64,000 nucleotides of DNA, from assembly GCA_964430265.1 (NCBI GenBank), contig CAYSEI010000005.1, forward strand, positions 14,784 through 78,783, read 5' to 3'. Made by a program: the position numbers and the translations under genes. The notes beneath the pieces are model-generated. The model saw only the letters and a list, made by a program, of their open reading frames with translations. It ran no database searches and was not told the DNA's origin. Of the stretch, positions 20,852 through 31,294 are shown one piece after another (positions within the stretch are counted from its first letter, which is position 1; every line of letters starts with the position of its first letter). The stretch is from an uncultured Pseudomonadales bacterium (lineage in GTDB: Bacteria; Patescibacteriota; Microgenomatia; UBA1400; CAYXSR01).

Positions 20852-21895
20852 TTAAGTTGAAAGATTAACTGTTTTCATTTTATCAAAAAATTCGTTTTCA
20901 ATTAAGCCTCTTTCTGCAGTAGTCATAATTGTTTGTTGTCTTTTAACCACATCAAAAACTTTTTCCCTGTGTTTCTTGTCCAATTCAGAAAAAATATCGT
21001 CAAGTAAAAGAACTGGACGTTCTTTTGTTTGTTTATTAATATATTCTAGTTCAAGAATTTTTAAATATAAAACTGCCATTCTCTGCTCGCCGCGGCTTCC
21101 ATACATGGAAAGATTTCTGTCTCCCTGCTCTTCGTGTTTATTAATTACAAAATCATCCCGGTGCGGACCAATTAGAGTATTTCCAGCATTAATTTCAGCC
21201 TCAAGATGCTTTTTTAAGGCCGGTTCACTAATTTTACTGCTTAGGTATTCAAAAAAAAGTGAATCATTATTATTGTTTATATAATCAATAAATTCTTCCC
21301 GTTTTCTATTAATATATTGTCCGTTTTTAACCAAAAGATTGTCCCAAAAATATAGCTGCGTTTTTTTCGCTTTCCCTTTAAAAATATTACTCAACAAACG
21401 GTTCCTCTGCCTCAACCCCTTGCTATAGGAAAGATTTACCCGAGCATATTCTCTGTCTATCTGTTCTAAAACTGAGTCCATATAGTTGCGTCTAACTGAA
21501 GGACTGCCAATTACAATCTCAATATCTTCCGGACGAAAAAGAACACAGCGTAAATTTCCTACAAAATCAGTTTTTTTCTTTTCCACACCATTAATTTTAA
21601 AAATCCTTTTGGGCGTACTTTTCCCCATTACTTCTCCTTTTGTCAAAGTAACTTCAAGTTCATCTTCATCATCCAAAAGTCCCTGAATATTTCCAACTTC
21701 ATTACCTTGCTTAATCATTTCTTCAATCAAAGTTGCTCGAAAACTGTTTCCAGTAGCTAATAAATACAAAGCTTCAATAATATTAGTTTTTCCTGAGGCA
21801 TTGGGACCAATAAACAAAGTTGTTGCAGCAGAAAATTGCCAATTTTTCTCTGGATAATTACGAAAGTTTTTTAGATATAGATTATTAATTTTCAT
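20852..21895 (-). CDS. recF: DNA replication/repair protein RecF
   Basis: NFRNY, GPNASGKTN, GPHRDD, GSRGEQR, LLLDDIFSELD; start taken at MKINN. Confidence 0.93.
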   Translation of the reverse strand: MKINNLYLKNFRNYPEKNWQFSAATTLFIGPNASGKTNIIEALYLLATGNSFRATLIEEMIKQGNEVGNIQGLLDDEDELEVTLTKGEVMGKSTPKRIFKINGVEKKKTDFVGNLRCVLFRPEDIEIVIGSPSVRRNYMDSVLEQIDREYARVNLSYSKGLRQRNRLLSNIFKGKAKKTQLYFWDNLLVKNGQYINRKREEFIDYINNNNDSLFFEYLSSKISEPALKKHLEAEINAGNTLIGPHRDDFVINKHEEQGDRNLSMYGSRGEQRMAVLYLKILELEYINKQTKERPVLLLDDIFSELDKKHREKVFDVVKRQQTIMTTAERGLIENEFFDKMKTVNLST

Positions 21896-21896
21896 T

Positions 21897-22772
21897 TTAA
21901 TTCTGGCATTTAGGACAGAAATAAGTGCCCCTGCCCCCAACTTTGATCTTTTTTATTTCTCCATCACACGCAGGACACTCTTCCCCTTCCCGACCATATA
22001 CTTTTAAATGATTTTGCATTTCCCCTCTTTCACCATCAATATCACGAAAAGAGCCGTTCTCTGCAGTAGAACCGCTGTACTTAATTCCTTTTTTCAAGGC
22101 TTTTTTAATACAAGGCAAAAGTTGCTTAACTTTTTTTGGATCTTCTTTTACTACTTTATTAGCCGGTCTTCTGGGATCAATCCGGGCACAAAACAAAGCT
22201 TCAGCAGCATAAATATTGCCAACTCCGGCAATATCTTTTTGATCCATAATCACAGTTTTTATAGCTCTGCGTGTATTACCCAATATTTTTTTTAAGTATT
22301 TGAAAGTAAAATCTTTTGAAAAAGGCTCTGGTCCAAACTCTCTGTCAAAAAGTTTTTCCGGTAAAGGCTCTTTATTAAACTTTTTCACTTTAACCCAGCC
22401 AAAAGCACGCAAATCATTGAAAAACAAAAATGTATCGTCATGAAACTGAATTTCCACGCGTGTGTATTTGTTAGGAAGCTTAGCAGAATCATAAACAGAT
22501 TCATTTTCCTCGTCCTTTTTTATACCTTTTTCCTCCCGGTACAAAAGTTGTCCAGTCATTTTTAAATGCACCAAAAGAAAATGAAATTCCTCAAGTTCAA
22601 TTGCCAGATATTTTCCATAGCGCAAAACCTTCTCAACCTTTTTATTAATAATATCTTTTTTATTTCCCTCAAAATTCTTTTTTCTGTAAATCTTAACTTT
22701 GGAAATCTTTTTACCAATAATATTTTTTTCCAATCCTCTTCTCACTGTTTCAACTTCAGGCAATTCTGGCAT
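21897..22772 (-). CDS. mutM: Formamidopyrimidine-DNA glycosylase
   Basis: MPELPEVE, HLKMTG, GVGNIY, C-terminal C4 zinc finger. Confidence 0.96.
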   Translation of the reverse strand: MPELPEVETVRRGLEKNIIGKKISKVKIYRKKNFEGNKKDIINKKVEKVLRYGKYLAIELEEFHFLLVHLKMTGQLLYREEKGIKKDEENESVYDSAKLPNKYTRVEIQFHDDTFLFFNDLRAFGWVKVKKFNKEPLPEKLFDREFGPEPFSKDFTFKYLKKILGNTRRAIKTVIMDQKDIAGVGNIYAAEALFCARIDPRRPANKVVKEDPKKVKQLLPCIKKALKKGIKYSGSTAENGSFRDIDGERGEMQNHLKVYGREGEECPACDGEIKKIKVGGRGTYFCPKCQN

Positions 22773-23877
22773 ATTCTCTCCTTACTGTTCTTTTTATTTT
22801 TTTAATAAATTCTTCTTCTTTAAACTGCTCAGCCTTATTAATACAAGCTTTTTTATCAAATCTTTTTACATTAAAATTATTTAAAAGTTTTACTAACTCA
22901 TCAACTTTTTTCTTTTTAAGAAAAACCCCCGTTTTCTCAGGTTCAATAGTTTCTTTAACCCCACCGGATTTTAAAGCAATCACCGGTTTACCAAAAGCCA
23001 TTGCTTCTAAAGGAGTAATGCCAAAATCTTCTTCTTCTGCTAAATATAAGACTGCTTTGCTATTTGTATAAAGTTCATTTAGTCTTTTATCCTTTATATA
23101 ACCCATAAATCTAATATTTTCCGCTCCATCTGCTATTTTCTTTAGCCTTTTTTCATCTCTTCCTGTTCCGGCAATAATTAATTTTTCTCCGGTCTTTTTA
23201 AAAGCCTTAATTGCTAAATCAATATTTTTGTGTCTGACTAAGCGGTTTACCATTAAAAAATATTCATTTCCCTCTTCCGTATCTGCGTTCAAGTTTTCAC
23301 TTTTACTAGACAAAATCGGCGGATAAATAACTTCTGCATCTCTTCTATAAAACTTTTTTATTCTTTTTTTCACTTCTTTGCTGTTGCAAACAAAATAGTC
23401 AACCCGCTGGGAAGAAAGAAAATCATAATAGCGCATAAAAGGATTAACTATTGCTGCATACAGTCTCCCAAACCAAAAGCGTCGATAATCTCTGGCTGTA
23501 CGATAACCGTATAAATATCGCGGCGGAGTATGTAAATAGCAGAGATGTAAGGTTTCAGGCATTGTAACCACGCTCTTGGGCATAAACCAAGCAGAAGACG
23601 AAATTACTACATCATATTCTTTTAAATCAAATTTCTCCCAGATCCAGGGAGTTAAAAAACGCAAAGGGGAAGTAAGTTTTTTATGGATTGGGACTTTTTG
23701 AAGCCAAGAAGTTCTAATATCCCAATCTTGCCATTCTTTTTTTTCTTTTTTTATCCACTTAAAATCAGCCCAAGCAGTATAGATCGGCGCATCCGGCCAA
23801 ATTTTGTGTAATGCTTCCAAAACCCGCTCTGCACCGCCGTAAACATAAAGATAATCATGAATTATTGCTACTTTCAT
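22756..23877 (-). CDS. Glycosyltransferase family 4
   Basis: HDYL...GGAERV; EEDFGITPLEAMA.GKPVIA. Confidence 0.92.
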   Translation of the reverse strand: MKVAIIHDYLYVYGGAERVLEALHKIWPDAPIYTAWADFKWIKKEKKEWQDWDIRTSWLQKVPIHKKLTSPLRFLTPWIWEKFDLKEYDVVISSSAWFMPKSVVTMPETLHLCYLHTPPRYLYGYRTARDYRRFWFGRLYAAIVNPFMRYYDFLSSQRVDYFVCNSKEVKKRIKKFYRRDAEVIYPPILSSKSENLNADTEEGNEYFLMVNRLVRHKNIDLAIKAFKKTGEKLIIAGTGRDEKRLKKIADGAENIRFMGYIKDKRLNELYTNSKAVLYLAEEEDFGITPLEAMAFGKPVIALKSGGVKETIEPEKTGVFLKKKKVDELVKLLNNFNVKRFDKKACINKAEQFKEEEFIKKIKRTVRREYARIA

Positions 23878-23880
23878 ATC

Positions 23881-24831
23881 TTAAAAAAGCTCAATTTGTT
23901 TTTTTTCTTGCTTCTTTTTTTCTGGAGCAGTTTCTTTTGAACGGGTCAAAATATCCATTACTTCCTCTTCCCACGTATTCTTAGGAAGCTTGCTAATCAA
24001 GCTTTTGAATTCCAGTTTTTCAAAAAGTTTAATAACTTCATCTTTGTCGTATTCTTTTAATTTAGATTCATTTAATTTTAATTCAACATTCACGTCCTGC
24101 ACAATTTCTGCCAACTGCTTGGACATAAAAGCCTCTTCTTTATATTTTTCTAATTTGTTCTTTACACCTTTACTTAATTTGTCTAAGTTTTGATAAATTT
24201 CTTCTAAAGTTCCGTAATTATTAATCAATTTAGTGGCAGTTTTGGGACCAACTCCTTTTACTCCCGGTAATCCGTCAGAAGGATCACCAATCAAAGCTTT
24301 GTAATCAACAAAATATTTTAATTCAAAACCATATTTTTTTATAAAATCATTTTTCTGCATAATCTTTGCAGGTCTTTTTCCCCTCCTGGGAAAGTATATT
24401 TTAACTGCTCCATTTAAAAGCTGTAAAAGATCTTTATCACTAGTAACAATAATTGTTTCCGCTTCTTTTCTAGCCTGCTTAGCAAATGTACCAATTAAAT
24501 CATCTGCCTCATATCCTTCTTTTGCAAAATGCGGGATACCCAAAGTTTCAACTACTTGCTTTACCCGTTTAATCTGGCAAGCCAGTTCTTTATCCATCTC
24601 TGGACGATGTGCTTTGTAATCTTTGAATTCTTTATGCCTGAATGTTGGTCCTTTTTTATCAAAAGCAACCACACAATATTCAGGCTTAAGCTCATTTAAA
24701 ACATTTAAAAGAATCCTGGTAAATCCATACACAGCATTAATCAGTTCACCATCAGAAGTAGTTAAAGGAGGGAGTGCGTGATATGCACGGTGTAAGATAC
24801 CATGGCCGTCAATTAGAACTAGCTTTTTCAT
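23881..24831 (-). CDS. Stand-alone 5'-3' exonuclease/flap endonuclease (PolA N-terminal domain)
   Basis: LIDG, RAYHALP, YKAHR, EADD, DKD, GDPSD...GVGPKTA; no polymerase domain. Confidence 0.92.
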   Translation of the reverse strand: MKKLVLIDGHGILHRAYHALPPLTTSDGELINAVYGFTRILLNVLNELKPEYCVVAFDKKGPTFRHKEFKDYKAHRPEMDKELACQIKRVKQVVETLGIPHFAKEGYEADDLIGTFAKQARKEAETIIVTSDKDLLQLLNGAVKIYFPRRGKRPAKIMQKNDFIKKYGFELKYFVDYKALIGDPSDGLPGVKGVGPKTATKLINNYGTLEEIYQNLDKLSKGVKNKLEKYKEEAFMSKQLAEIVQDVNVELKLNESKLKEYDKDEVIKLFEKLEFKSLISKLPKNTWEEEVMDILTRSKETAPEKKKQEKKQIELF

Positions 24832-26713
24832 TGTTCATTAATTTCTCAAACTCATCCTGTTCAATAGTCTCTTTTTCTAATAAAACATCCACAATCTTAT
24901 CCAGTTTCTTTTTATTATCTTTTAAAATCTTTTCTGCATTTTTATAACACTGATCAATAATTTTATTAATCTGTTCATCTACCTTAGAACGCATCTCATC
25001 AGAAATTTCTGATGGTTTCATATATGCTTCTCCCCATTCTGTTTTGTCATATATCTTGCCAAAATGAATTGGTCCTAAATCACTCATGCCCAGCTTTATA
25101 ACCATCCGGCGGACAATCTGAGTTGCCCTTTCAATGTCTGATGCTGCACCGGAAGTTAAATCATCAAAAATCATTGTCTCAGCTGCCCTTCCACCCAACA
25201 AAGACGTAATTATTTCCAACATATGGGATCTTGTTTCATGCTGTCTATCTCTTTCCGGCGGAATTAAAGTATAACCTAAGGCTTTACCTCGAGAAACAAT
25301 TGAAACTCGATGAACCGGATCCATTCGTTCCAAAAGATGGGTTACCAAAGCATGCCCTGCTTCGTGGTAAGCAGTCATTTTTCTTTCGTGTTCGCTTTGC
25401 AATCTTTTCTTTTCCGGCCCCAATTTAACTTTCATTGCTGCTTCTTCCAAATCATCAGAAGTAATCTCTTTGCGGTCATGTCTAGCCGCCCAAATCGCTG
25501 CTTCATTAAGCATGTTTTCCAAATCCGCACCGGAAAAACCAACTGTTCTTTTAGCTACCCTTTTCCATTCAACTTCTTCTGAAAACGGTTTGCCTTTTTT
25601 GTGTATTTTAATAATTTTTTTACGGCCTTCAAGATCAGGCAGTTCTAAAACCACTCTACGGTCAAAACGTCCGGGACGCATTAATGCCGGGTCAAGCAAG
25701 TCCCCCCTGTTAGTGGCTGCAATTACGATTACATTATCATGCGGTTCAAATCCATCCATTTCAACAAGTATCTGATTTAAAGTCTGTTCTCGTTCACCGT
25801 GTCCTCCGGAAACACCTGCACCACGCATTCTCCCGATAGCATCAATTTCGTCTATAAAAATTATTGAAGGAGCGGCTTTTTTAGCGTTTTTGAATAAGTC
25901 TCTTGCCCTGGAAGCACCAACTCCCACTAACATTTCCATAAACTCGGATCCGGCAATTGAGAAAAAAGGCACTTTCGCTTCACCAGCAACAGCTCTTGCT
26001 AGTAAAGTTTTACCGGTTCCACTGGGTCCAACCAGTAAAACACCTTTAGGGGTTCTTGCTCCTACTTTTTCATACTTCTTAGGATGTTTTAAAAAGTCAA
26101 CCACTTCCTGCATTTCATTTTTTGCTTCTTTAATGTCTCCTACATCATCAAAAGTAATATCTTGCTTGCCCTTAGCAAATAATTTGGCACTCGATTTACC
26201 AAATGAAAAAATTGAGTCTTGCGAACCTTTTGCCTGGCGGAAGATAAAAAAGAAAATTGCTCCGGTTAAGATTACAGGAAGAAGGATCTCTAGGATAGTT
26301 CCCCATGTTTTTGCCATAGACTGATCCCTGACCTTGTAATTCACTTCTGTTGGATTGATACCAGCATTATCTAAAACATCAGTAAACGTTTCCTGCGGTT
26401 CTTTGCGTGAAGTAAAAAGCTTATCGTCTTTGTATTCAACATACAAAGTTTCACCTTCCACTTCCACCTGCTCTACTTTATCTTCCCGAATATCCTGCAG
26501 AACTTGGGGTAGATTTTTGTCTCCTTCTGGAACTGGTCCTCTAAGGGCTAAAAAGAAATTAACTGCAATAAAACCAACAAACAACCAGAGAAGAATATTT
26601 TTGAGACTGAAATTAAATTTAAACTCAAACTTTTTTATCTTCTTGTCCGGAAGCTTATCTTTCCAGTTTTCCTTCTTATCACCTTGTTTCTTTTCCTCTT
26701 TATTCATACGCAT
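24809..26713 (-). CDS. ftsH: ATP-dependent zinc metalloprotease FtsH
   Basis: Two TMs; GPSGTGKT; FIDEID; RPGRFDR; HEAGH. Confidence 0.97.
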   Translation of the reverse strand: MRMNKEEKKQGDKKENWKDKLPDKKIKKFEFKFNFSLKNILLWLFVGFIAVNFFLALRGPVPEGDKNLPQVLQDIREDKVEQVEVEGETLYVEYKDDKLFTSRKEPQETFTDVLDNAGINPTEVNYKVRDQSMAKTWGTILEILLPVILTGAIFFFIFRQAKGSQDSIFSFGKSSAKLFAKGKQDITFDDVGDIKEAKNEMQEVVDFLKHPKKYEKVGARTPKGVLLVGPSGTGKTLLARAVAGEAKVPFFSIAGSEFMEMLVGVGASRARDLFKNAKKAAPSIIFIDEIDAIGRMRGAGVSGGHGEREQTLNQILVEMDGFEPHDNVIVIAATNRGDLLDPALMRPGRFDRRVVLELPDLEGRKKIIKIHKKGKPFSEEVEWKRVAKRTVGFSGADLENMLNEAAIWAARHDRKEITSDDLEEAAMKVKLGPEKKRLQSEHERKMTAYHEAGHALVTHLLERMDPVHRVSIVSRGKALGYTLIPPERDRQHETRSHMLEIITSLLGGRAAETMIFDDLTSGAASDIERATQIVRRMVIKLGMSDLGPIHFGKIYDKTEWGEAYMKPSEISDEMRSKVDEQINKIIDQCYKNAEKILKDNKKKLDKIVDVLLEKETIEQDEFEKLMNNEKASSN

Positions 26714-26801
26714 AAATTATACCAAATTCTGCTATTTACTTCTAGGATAAATTTAAAATTATTTTAATAATTAGACCTTTTCTGCTAATATAAAAAGAAA
26801 T

Positions 26802-28340
26802 ATGGATCAAGAAAGACAAATATCTCCTATAAGCAAAGAACTAAGCCAAAGAATGAAAGAAGCACCTTGGCTTAATACCCGACCTGAAAAAGTTGTCATA
26901 GATCCAACAAATAATTTTATATCCAGGGGTGCAAAAACAAAGGTTTATAGAGCAAAGGCTCTTTTCCCTCAGGAAGCAAGTATTCCACCCACAGAAGCCG
27001 TAGTAAAAACACCTCACAGCTTAGGAATAGAACGTACGCAAAAACAGCTAAGTGAAACAGTACAAACAGAAGCTAAGGTTACACACCGTATTTTGGAATC
27101 CTGGCAAAATCTATTTCCTGACAGAGATTTACCAATTCCTTTATCTCAATTTTATGAAGGTATAGAAATACAGACTGTTCAACCTGACAAGGCTCGTGAA
27201 GAAGAAAAGATTCCCCCAAAAGCTGATACTATTCTTATATCTGAGTATGTTGACTCAGAATATGTAAATTTCTTTAAAGCTTGTACAGAAAATAGCCAGG
27301 ATGCTTTTACTGCACAAGAAATTTTTGATTACACATTATATGAAAGTTTGCGCTTAGCAGAAGCTATGCACAAAGCCGGTATCTACGTAGCTGACAGAAA
27401 ACATAATGATATTCGAGTAAAATATGAAAGTAGTCAAAGTAGTACAGATGTTTCTGTACGAGTGTTAGACTGGAATGTTGCTGACATAAAAGAAAAACTT
27501 GAACAAAATGACAGATCTTTTGACACGAATGCTCTAAGACAAATCAGAATACACTTAGGCCTCTTTCGCGACTTTTTTGGTGTAAAATTTGAAGGAAAAA
27601 AAGAGATTTACGGAACAGATATAGAAAAAATTGCTGGATCAAATGATACTTTTATTACTGTGTTTAAAAAAAGAATAGAACAAATAGACCGGCTTTGCCA
27701 AGCAATTGATACATATAAGCCGCGCGTAGTAGAACAAAAAGCTGAACGTAATAGAGAAGGAGTCCGCATATCAGAAACAGTAGAAAAACCATTAAGTTAT
27801 ACAGACAGTTATCTTCCTGATACAGCTGCCAATGCTATTGGAATATTAAAAGCAGCCTTTTTAAAAGGTAGTTACCACCTAGATAAGCTTTTAGAACGAA
27901 CAACTATTAGCAAAGAACATATCATCCCTCATAATCAAGAATTATCTATAAGACAATTAAAAAGAGAAACTATATTAGAGCATTTAATCCAAAAACAAAA
28001 AAATGAAAGTCTTTTAAAAAAATTACAAATCAGTCTAAATGAAGGTTATCACACGGAAAGTATGAAAGCGTTATATCTTTTATTTCAAGCAATGGAGACC
28101 AGTTATGATCCTAACTGGTCTTTTATAAAACAAGATGCAATAAAAATAATAAAAGAAATTGGCAAGAGAATGAAAGCTGGTGAAAGTTTGTTGGATATCC
28201 TTCCTTCTTCCTATGAATACGAAGATTTTTCTTCAGAAGCCTTTATCAATGATTTGTTTTTAGTTGGATTTACTGATTTAGCAACAGAAGCAAACGAGCA
28301 ACGCTTATTTCAAGCGCTTCAAATTATAGAAAGAATGTAA
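26802..28340 (+). CDS. Hypothetical protein with divergent protein-kinase-like N-terminal domain
   Basis: SRGAKTKVY (Gly loop), AVVK, TEA (alphaC Glu), HKAGIYVADRKHND (catalytic loop), VLDWN (DFG equivalent). Confidence 0.6.
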   Translation: MDQERQISPISKELSQRMKEAPWLNTRPEKVVIDPTNNFISRGAKTKVYRAKALFPQEASIPPTEAVVKTPHSLGIERTQKQLSETVQTEAKVTHRILESWQNLFPDRDLPIPLSQFYEGIEIQTVQPDKAREEEKIPPKADTILISEYVDSEYVNFFKACTENSQDAFTAQEIFDYTLYESLRLAEAMHKAGIYVADRKHNDIRVKYESSQSSTDVSVRVLDWNVADIKEKLEQNDRSFDTNALRQIRIHLGLFRDFFGVKFEGKKEIYGTDIEKIAGSNDTFITVFKKRIEQIDRLCQAIDTYKPRVVEQKAERNREGVRISETVEKPLSYTDSYLPDTAANAIGILKAAFLKGSYHLDKLLERTTISKEHIIPHNQELSIRQLKRETILEHLIQKQKNESLLKKLQISLNEGYHTESMKALYLLFQAMETSYDPNWSFIKQDAIKIIKEIGKRMKAGESLLDILPSSYEYEDFSSEAFINDLFLVGFTDLATEANEQRLFQALQIIERM

Positions 28341-28380
28341 TCCCCGGAGTCTATACACATTAAACCCCGGGTTCAGTAAA

Positions 28381-29550
28381 TCACATCAAATTCTTATACA
28401 CATTTTCTACATCCTTATCCCCTCTTCCTGAAAGATTAACTACCAGCACTTTGTCTTTTTCCAACTTTTTTCCTAATTTCAATGCATATGCAACTGCATG
28501 TGCTGATTCCAAAGCAGGTATAATTCCTTCTTTTTCTGATAAAAGACTAAATGCATCAACCGCTTCTTTATCAGTTATTCCAACCGCCCTCAAACGTTTT
28601 ATCTGATGCAAGTAACAAGGTTCTGGCCCTACACCGGGATAATCAAGTCCTGATGCTGCTGAATAGGATTCTTTAACATTTCCTTTTTCATCTTGCAAAA
28701 CTTTGCTCTTAAATCCATGTAAAATCCCTGGATGTCCTTTTTGCAGAACAAGACCGTGCTTTTGAGTATTTTCACCTTTACCACCCGGTTCAACCGCAAT
28801 TAATTTCACTTCTTTATCATTAATAAACTCATAAAAAAGCCCCATTGCATTTGAACCACCACCCACACAAGCAATCAAGTAATTAGGTAAAGTTCCTTCT
28901 TTTTTCAAGATCTGTTTTTTTGCTTCTTCTCCAATTACTTTCTGAAAGTCCCTAACCATTGTTGGATAAGGATGTGGCCCTACAACTGAACCTAGACAAT
29001 AAAAAGCATTTTCGTCCTTTAAATATGCTCCTAATGCCGCATCTACTGCCTCTTTTAAGGTCTTGCGACCCTTAGTAACTTTAACAACTTTTGCTCCTAA
29101 TAACTGCATGCGGTAAACATTTATGTTCTGGTTAATATAGTCACGTTCACCCATATACACTTCACATTCAATTCCCATTAAAGCAGCTGCCGTTGCTGTT
29201 GCTACTCCATGCTGACCTGCTCCTGTTTCTGCAATTAATTTTTCTTTGTTCATTTTTTTTGCAATCAATCCCTGGCCCAAAGTATTGTTTATCTTATGTG
29301 CCCCAGTGTGGTTTAAATCCTCTCGCTTTAAATAAATTCTGGTTCCATTGCATAACTTAGATAATTTAGATGCAAAATATAAAGGACTTGGACGTCCAAT
29401 ATAATCCATTTGCAAACTTAAAAGTTCATCTTTAAACTTTTTGTCATCCTTTATTTGTAAATACACCTTTTCCAGTTCTTCAAGCCTTTTTACTAACGGC
29501 TCAGGAACATAACAACCACCATAATCACCAAAATATTGCGAAAAATTCAT
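28381..29550 (-). CDS. trpB: Tryptophan synthase beta subunit (TrpB1 type)
   Basis: [50 protein letters not shown]. Confidence 0.97.
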   Translation of the reverse strand: MNFSQYFGDYGGCYVPEPLVKRLEELEKVYLQIKDDKKFKDELLSLQMDYIGRPSPLYFASKLSKLCNGTRIYLKREDLNHTGAHKINNTLGQGLIAKKMNKEKLIAETGAGQHGVATATAAALMGIECEVYMGERDYINQNINVYRMQLLGAKVVKVTKGRKTLKEAVDAALGAYLKDENAFYCLGSVVGPHPYPTMVRDFQKVIGEEAKKQILKKEGTLPNYLIACVGGGSNAMGLFYEFINDKEVKLIAVEPGGKGENTQKHGLVLQKGHPGILHGFKSKVLQDEKGNVKESYSAASGLDYPGVGPEPCYLHQIKRLRAVGITDKEAVDAFSLLSEKEGIIPALESAHAVAYALKLGKKLEKDKVLVVNLSGRGDKDVENVYKNLM

Positions 29551-29631
29551 TTTAATATCCTTTCTAAAATAAATAACTTAAAATAACTAATATCTAATAA
29601 GTAAATATCTAATTAAAAATAACTAGATAAC

Positions 29632-29656
29632 AAAAAAGCCCGCAAAAAGCGGGCTT
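29632..29656 (-). terminator. Attenuator terminator upstream of trpB
   Basis: AAAGCCCGC-TTTTT-GCGGGCTTTTTT on the minus strand. Confidence 0.88.
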
Positions 29657-29681
29657 TATACACTAAAGTAATATTATTACT

Positions 29682-29744
29682 TCACCACCCGCTTCTTGGA
29701 TATCTTTTCCACCAAATATAGTCGGTTTTAAATTTAAAATTCAT
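29682..29744 (-). CDS. Trp leader peptide MNFKFKTDYIWWKRYPRSGW (20 aa)
   Basis: Tandem TGG TGG plus a third TGG; ATG overlaps the trpS TGA; its AAGCGGG can pair with CCCGCTT of the terminator. Confidence 0.85.
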   Translation of the reverse strand: MNFKFKTDYIWWKRYPRSGW

Positions 29745-30760
29745 ATTGAATATTTATTTATTAACCCAATTTTGTCTCTTACCTCTTCCATTTTTTCTTG
29801 TGCTTCTTTTTTAACTAACGCAGTACCCTGCTTTAAAATTTCTTTTATTTTCTCTGGATTTTGCTTTAAGTTTCGATATCTCTTTCTAAACTCTGAAAAC
29901 TTTTTCAAATGAGCTTGAAAAAGTTTTTCTTTTACTTCCACATCTCCCACTTCACCTTTTCTATACCTTTCTTTCAAGTCCTTAACTTGCTTTTTATCTT
30001 CATTTAACAAATCATGATAAATAAAAATCGGATTATCTATTACCCTGCCCGGATCAGTTGGGTGAATTCTTTTAGGGTCAGTAAAAGTTTCCATTATTTG
30101 TTTTTTAATCTTTTTTTCATCTTCAAAAACTGAAATAACATTTCCTAAGCTTTTGCTCATTTTCCTCTTCCCGTCTGTTCCCACCAGACGAGCAACTTGT
30201 TTTTGAATGTATGCTTCTGGTAATTTAAAAGTTTCACCATAAGTACTGTTAAAATACTCAGCAATGTCTCTTGTAACTTCAACATGCTGCTTTTGGTCGT
30301 CTCCAACAGGCACATAGTCCGGCTCATATAATAAAATATCTGCGGCCATTAAAACAGGATAGCTGAATAGTCCCATATTTATTTTGCTGGGATCATAACC
30401 TTTTTCCAATTTATCTTTATATGCATGGCAACGTTTAATTAATCCAATCGGAGTAACATTATTTAAGAGCGTCTGTAAATTTGGATGCAAAACAATATCA
30501 GATTGCCGATAGAATAATACTTTCTCAGGATCAAAACCAAATGACAAATAAGACAAAATTATGTTTTCAACATTTCTTTGCAAATCTTTTTTATTTTGAA
30601 CAGTTGTTAAAGCATGTAAATCTGCAATAAAAAAATAGACTTTTTCAGCTTTTTGCGCCATTTCTAAAAATGGCTTCACGGTTCCAAAATAGTTACCAAT
30701 ATGCACCTCTCCGCTACCAGACGGAGTAATTCCAGTCAAAATTGAATATTTTTTTTTCAT
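29741..30760 (-). CDS. trpS: Tryptophan--tRNA ligase
   Basis: TGITPSG, HIGN, YPVLMAADIL, VPVGDDQ, KMSKS. Confidence 0.97.
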   Translation of the reverse strand: MKKKYSILTGITPSGSGEVHIGNYFGTVKPFLEMAQKAEKVYFFIADLHALTTVQNKKDLQRNVENIILSYLSFGFDPEKVLFYRQSDIVLHPNLQTLLNNVTPIGLIKRCHAYKDKLEKGYDPSKINMGLFSYPVLMAADILLYEPDYVPVGDDQKQHVEVTRDIAEYFNSTYGETFKLPEAYIQKQVARLVGTDGKRKMSKSLGNVISVFEDEKKIKKQIMETFTDPKRIHPTDPGRVIDNPIFIYHDLLNEDKKQVKDLKERYRKGEVGDVEVKEKLFQAHLKKFSEFRKRYRNLKQNPEKIKEILKQGTALVKKEAQEKMEEVRDKIGLINKYSI

Positions 30761-30814
30761 TTTTTCTCCTTATTCTGCCATAGCCTTTTTTTGCGTAGAC
30801 AGACTTAATTTACT

Positions 30815-31030
30815 AAAAAAGCCCTTGCAAAAACACGAATTTAGTCATGTTTTTGCAAGGGCCTTTCTGGCGGTACCACCTTGCTTTATCAGAACTTTAC
30901 AGTTCTGAACTCTGCAACCGACTCTTTTTGATATCGGTTTGAAAGATAACGGTCTCCTTCCGGGAAAGACTACTTAATTTCTTGTTCATCCCTCCAGCTG
31001 ATAGGGCCCATTCTCCCCGTCATTGCTTTT
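30815..31030 (-). promoter_or_regulatory. T-box riboswitch (Trp specifier) with terminator upstream of trpS
   Basis: T-box AAGGTGGTACCGC (30870-30882); GAAC/AGTA stem II; CCGTTA F-box; long terminator GCCCTTGCAAAAACA...TGTTTTTGCAAGGGC-T6; GAA-TGG specifier at 31013-31008. Confidence 0.92.
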
Positions 31031-31059
31031 ATTTTCTCAATCTTAACACAAATAAAAAT

Positions 31060-31263
31060 TTAATCAAGCTCTTTTTTAACCGGCTCCAAAAACTGCTCTT
31101 TGGTTAACCAAGGCGCCAATTTGTGCACCTTGTCCAAAATCTTTTTTCTTGCTGTTTTACTGGCATTTTTTAGATACTCTTTTCTAAGTCTGCCAAGTTT
31201 TTCCTGCCTTTTTTGCTTTTGCTGAATTTGCATTTTTCTTCTTTTTGGATTTGATCTTCCCAT
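31060..31263 (-). CDS. Small basic protein (DUF6800-like)
   Basis: Lys/Arg-rich 67 aa with K..KLAP pattern; GGAAA SD-like site upstream. Confidence 0.6.
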   Translation of the reverse strand: MGRSNPKRRKMQIQQKQKRQEKLGRLRKEYLKNASKTARKKILDKVHKLAPWLTKEQFLEPVKKELD

Positions 31264-31294
31264 ATTTTCCTTTCTATTTAAAAATTACTTTATG

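Noticed and set aside
28340-28375. Weak inverted repeat CCCGG...CCGGG between convergent genes
   Set aside because: Short stem, long loop and no U tract; cannot be called a terminator.
29560-29630. AT-rich imperfect repeats (AAATAACT x3, ATATCTAAT x2) before trpB
   Set aside because: Too short and low-complexity to distinguish from AT-rich background.
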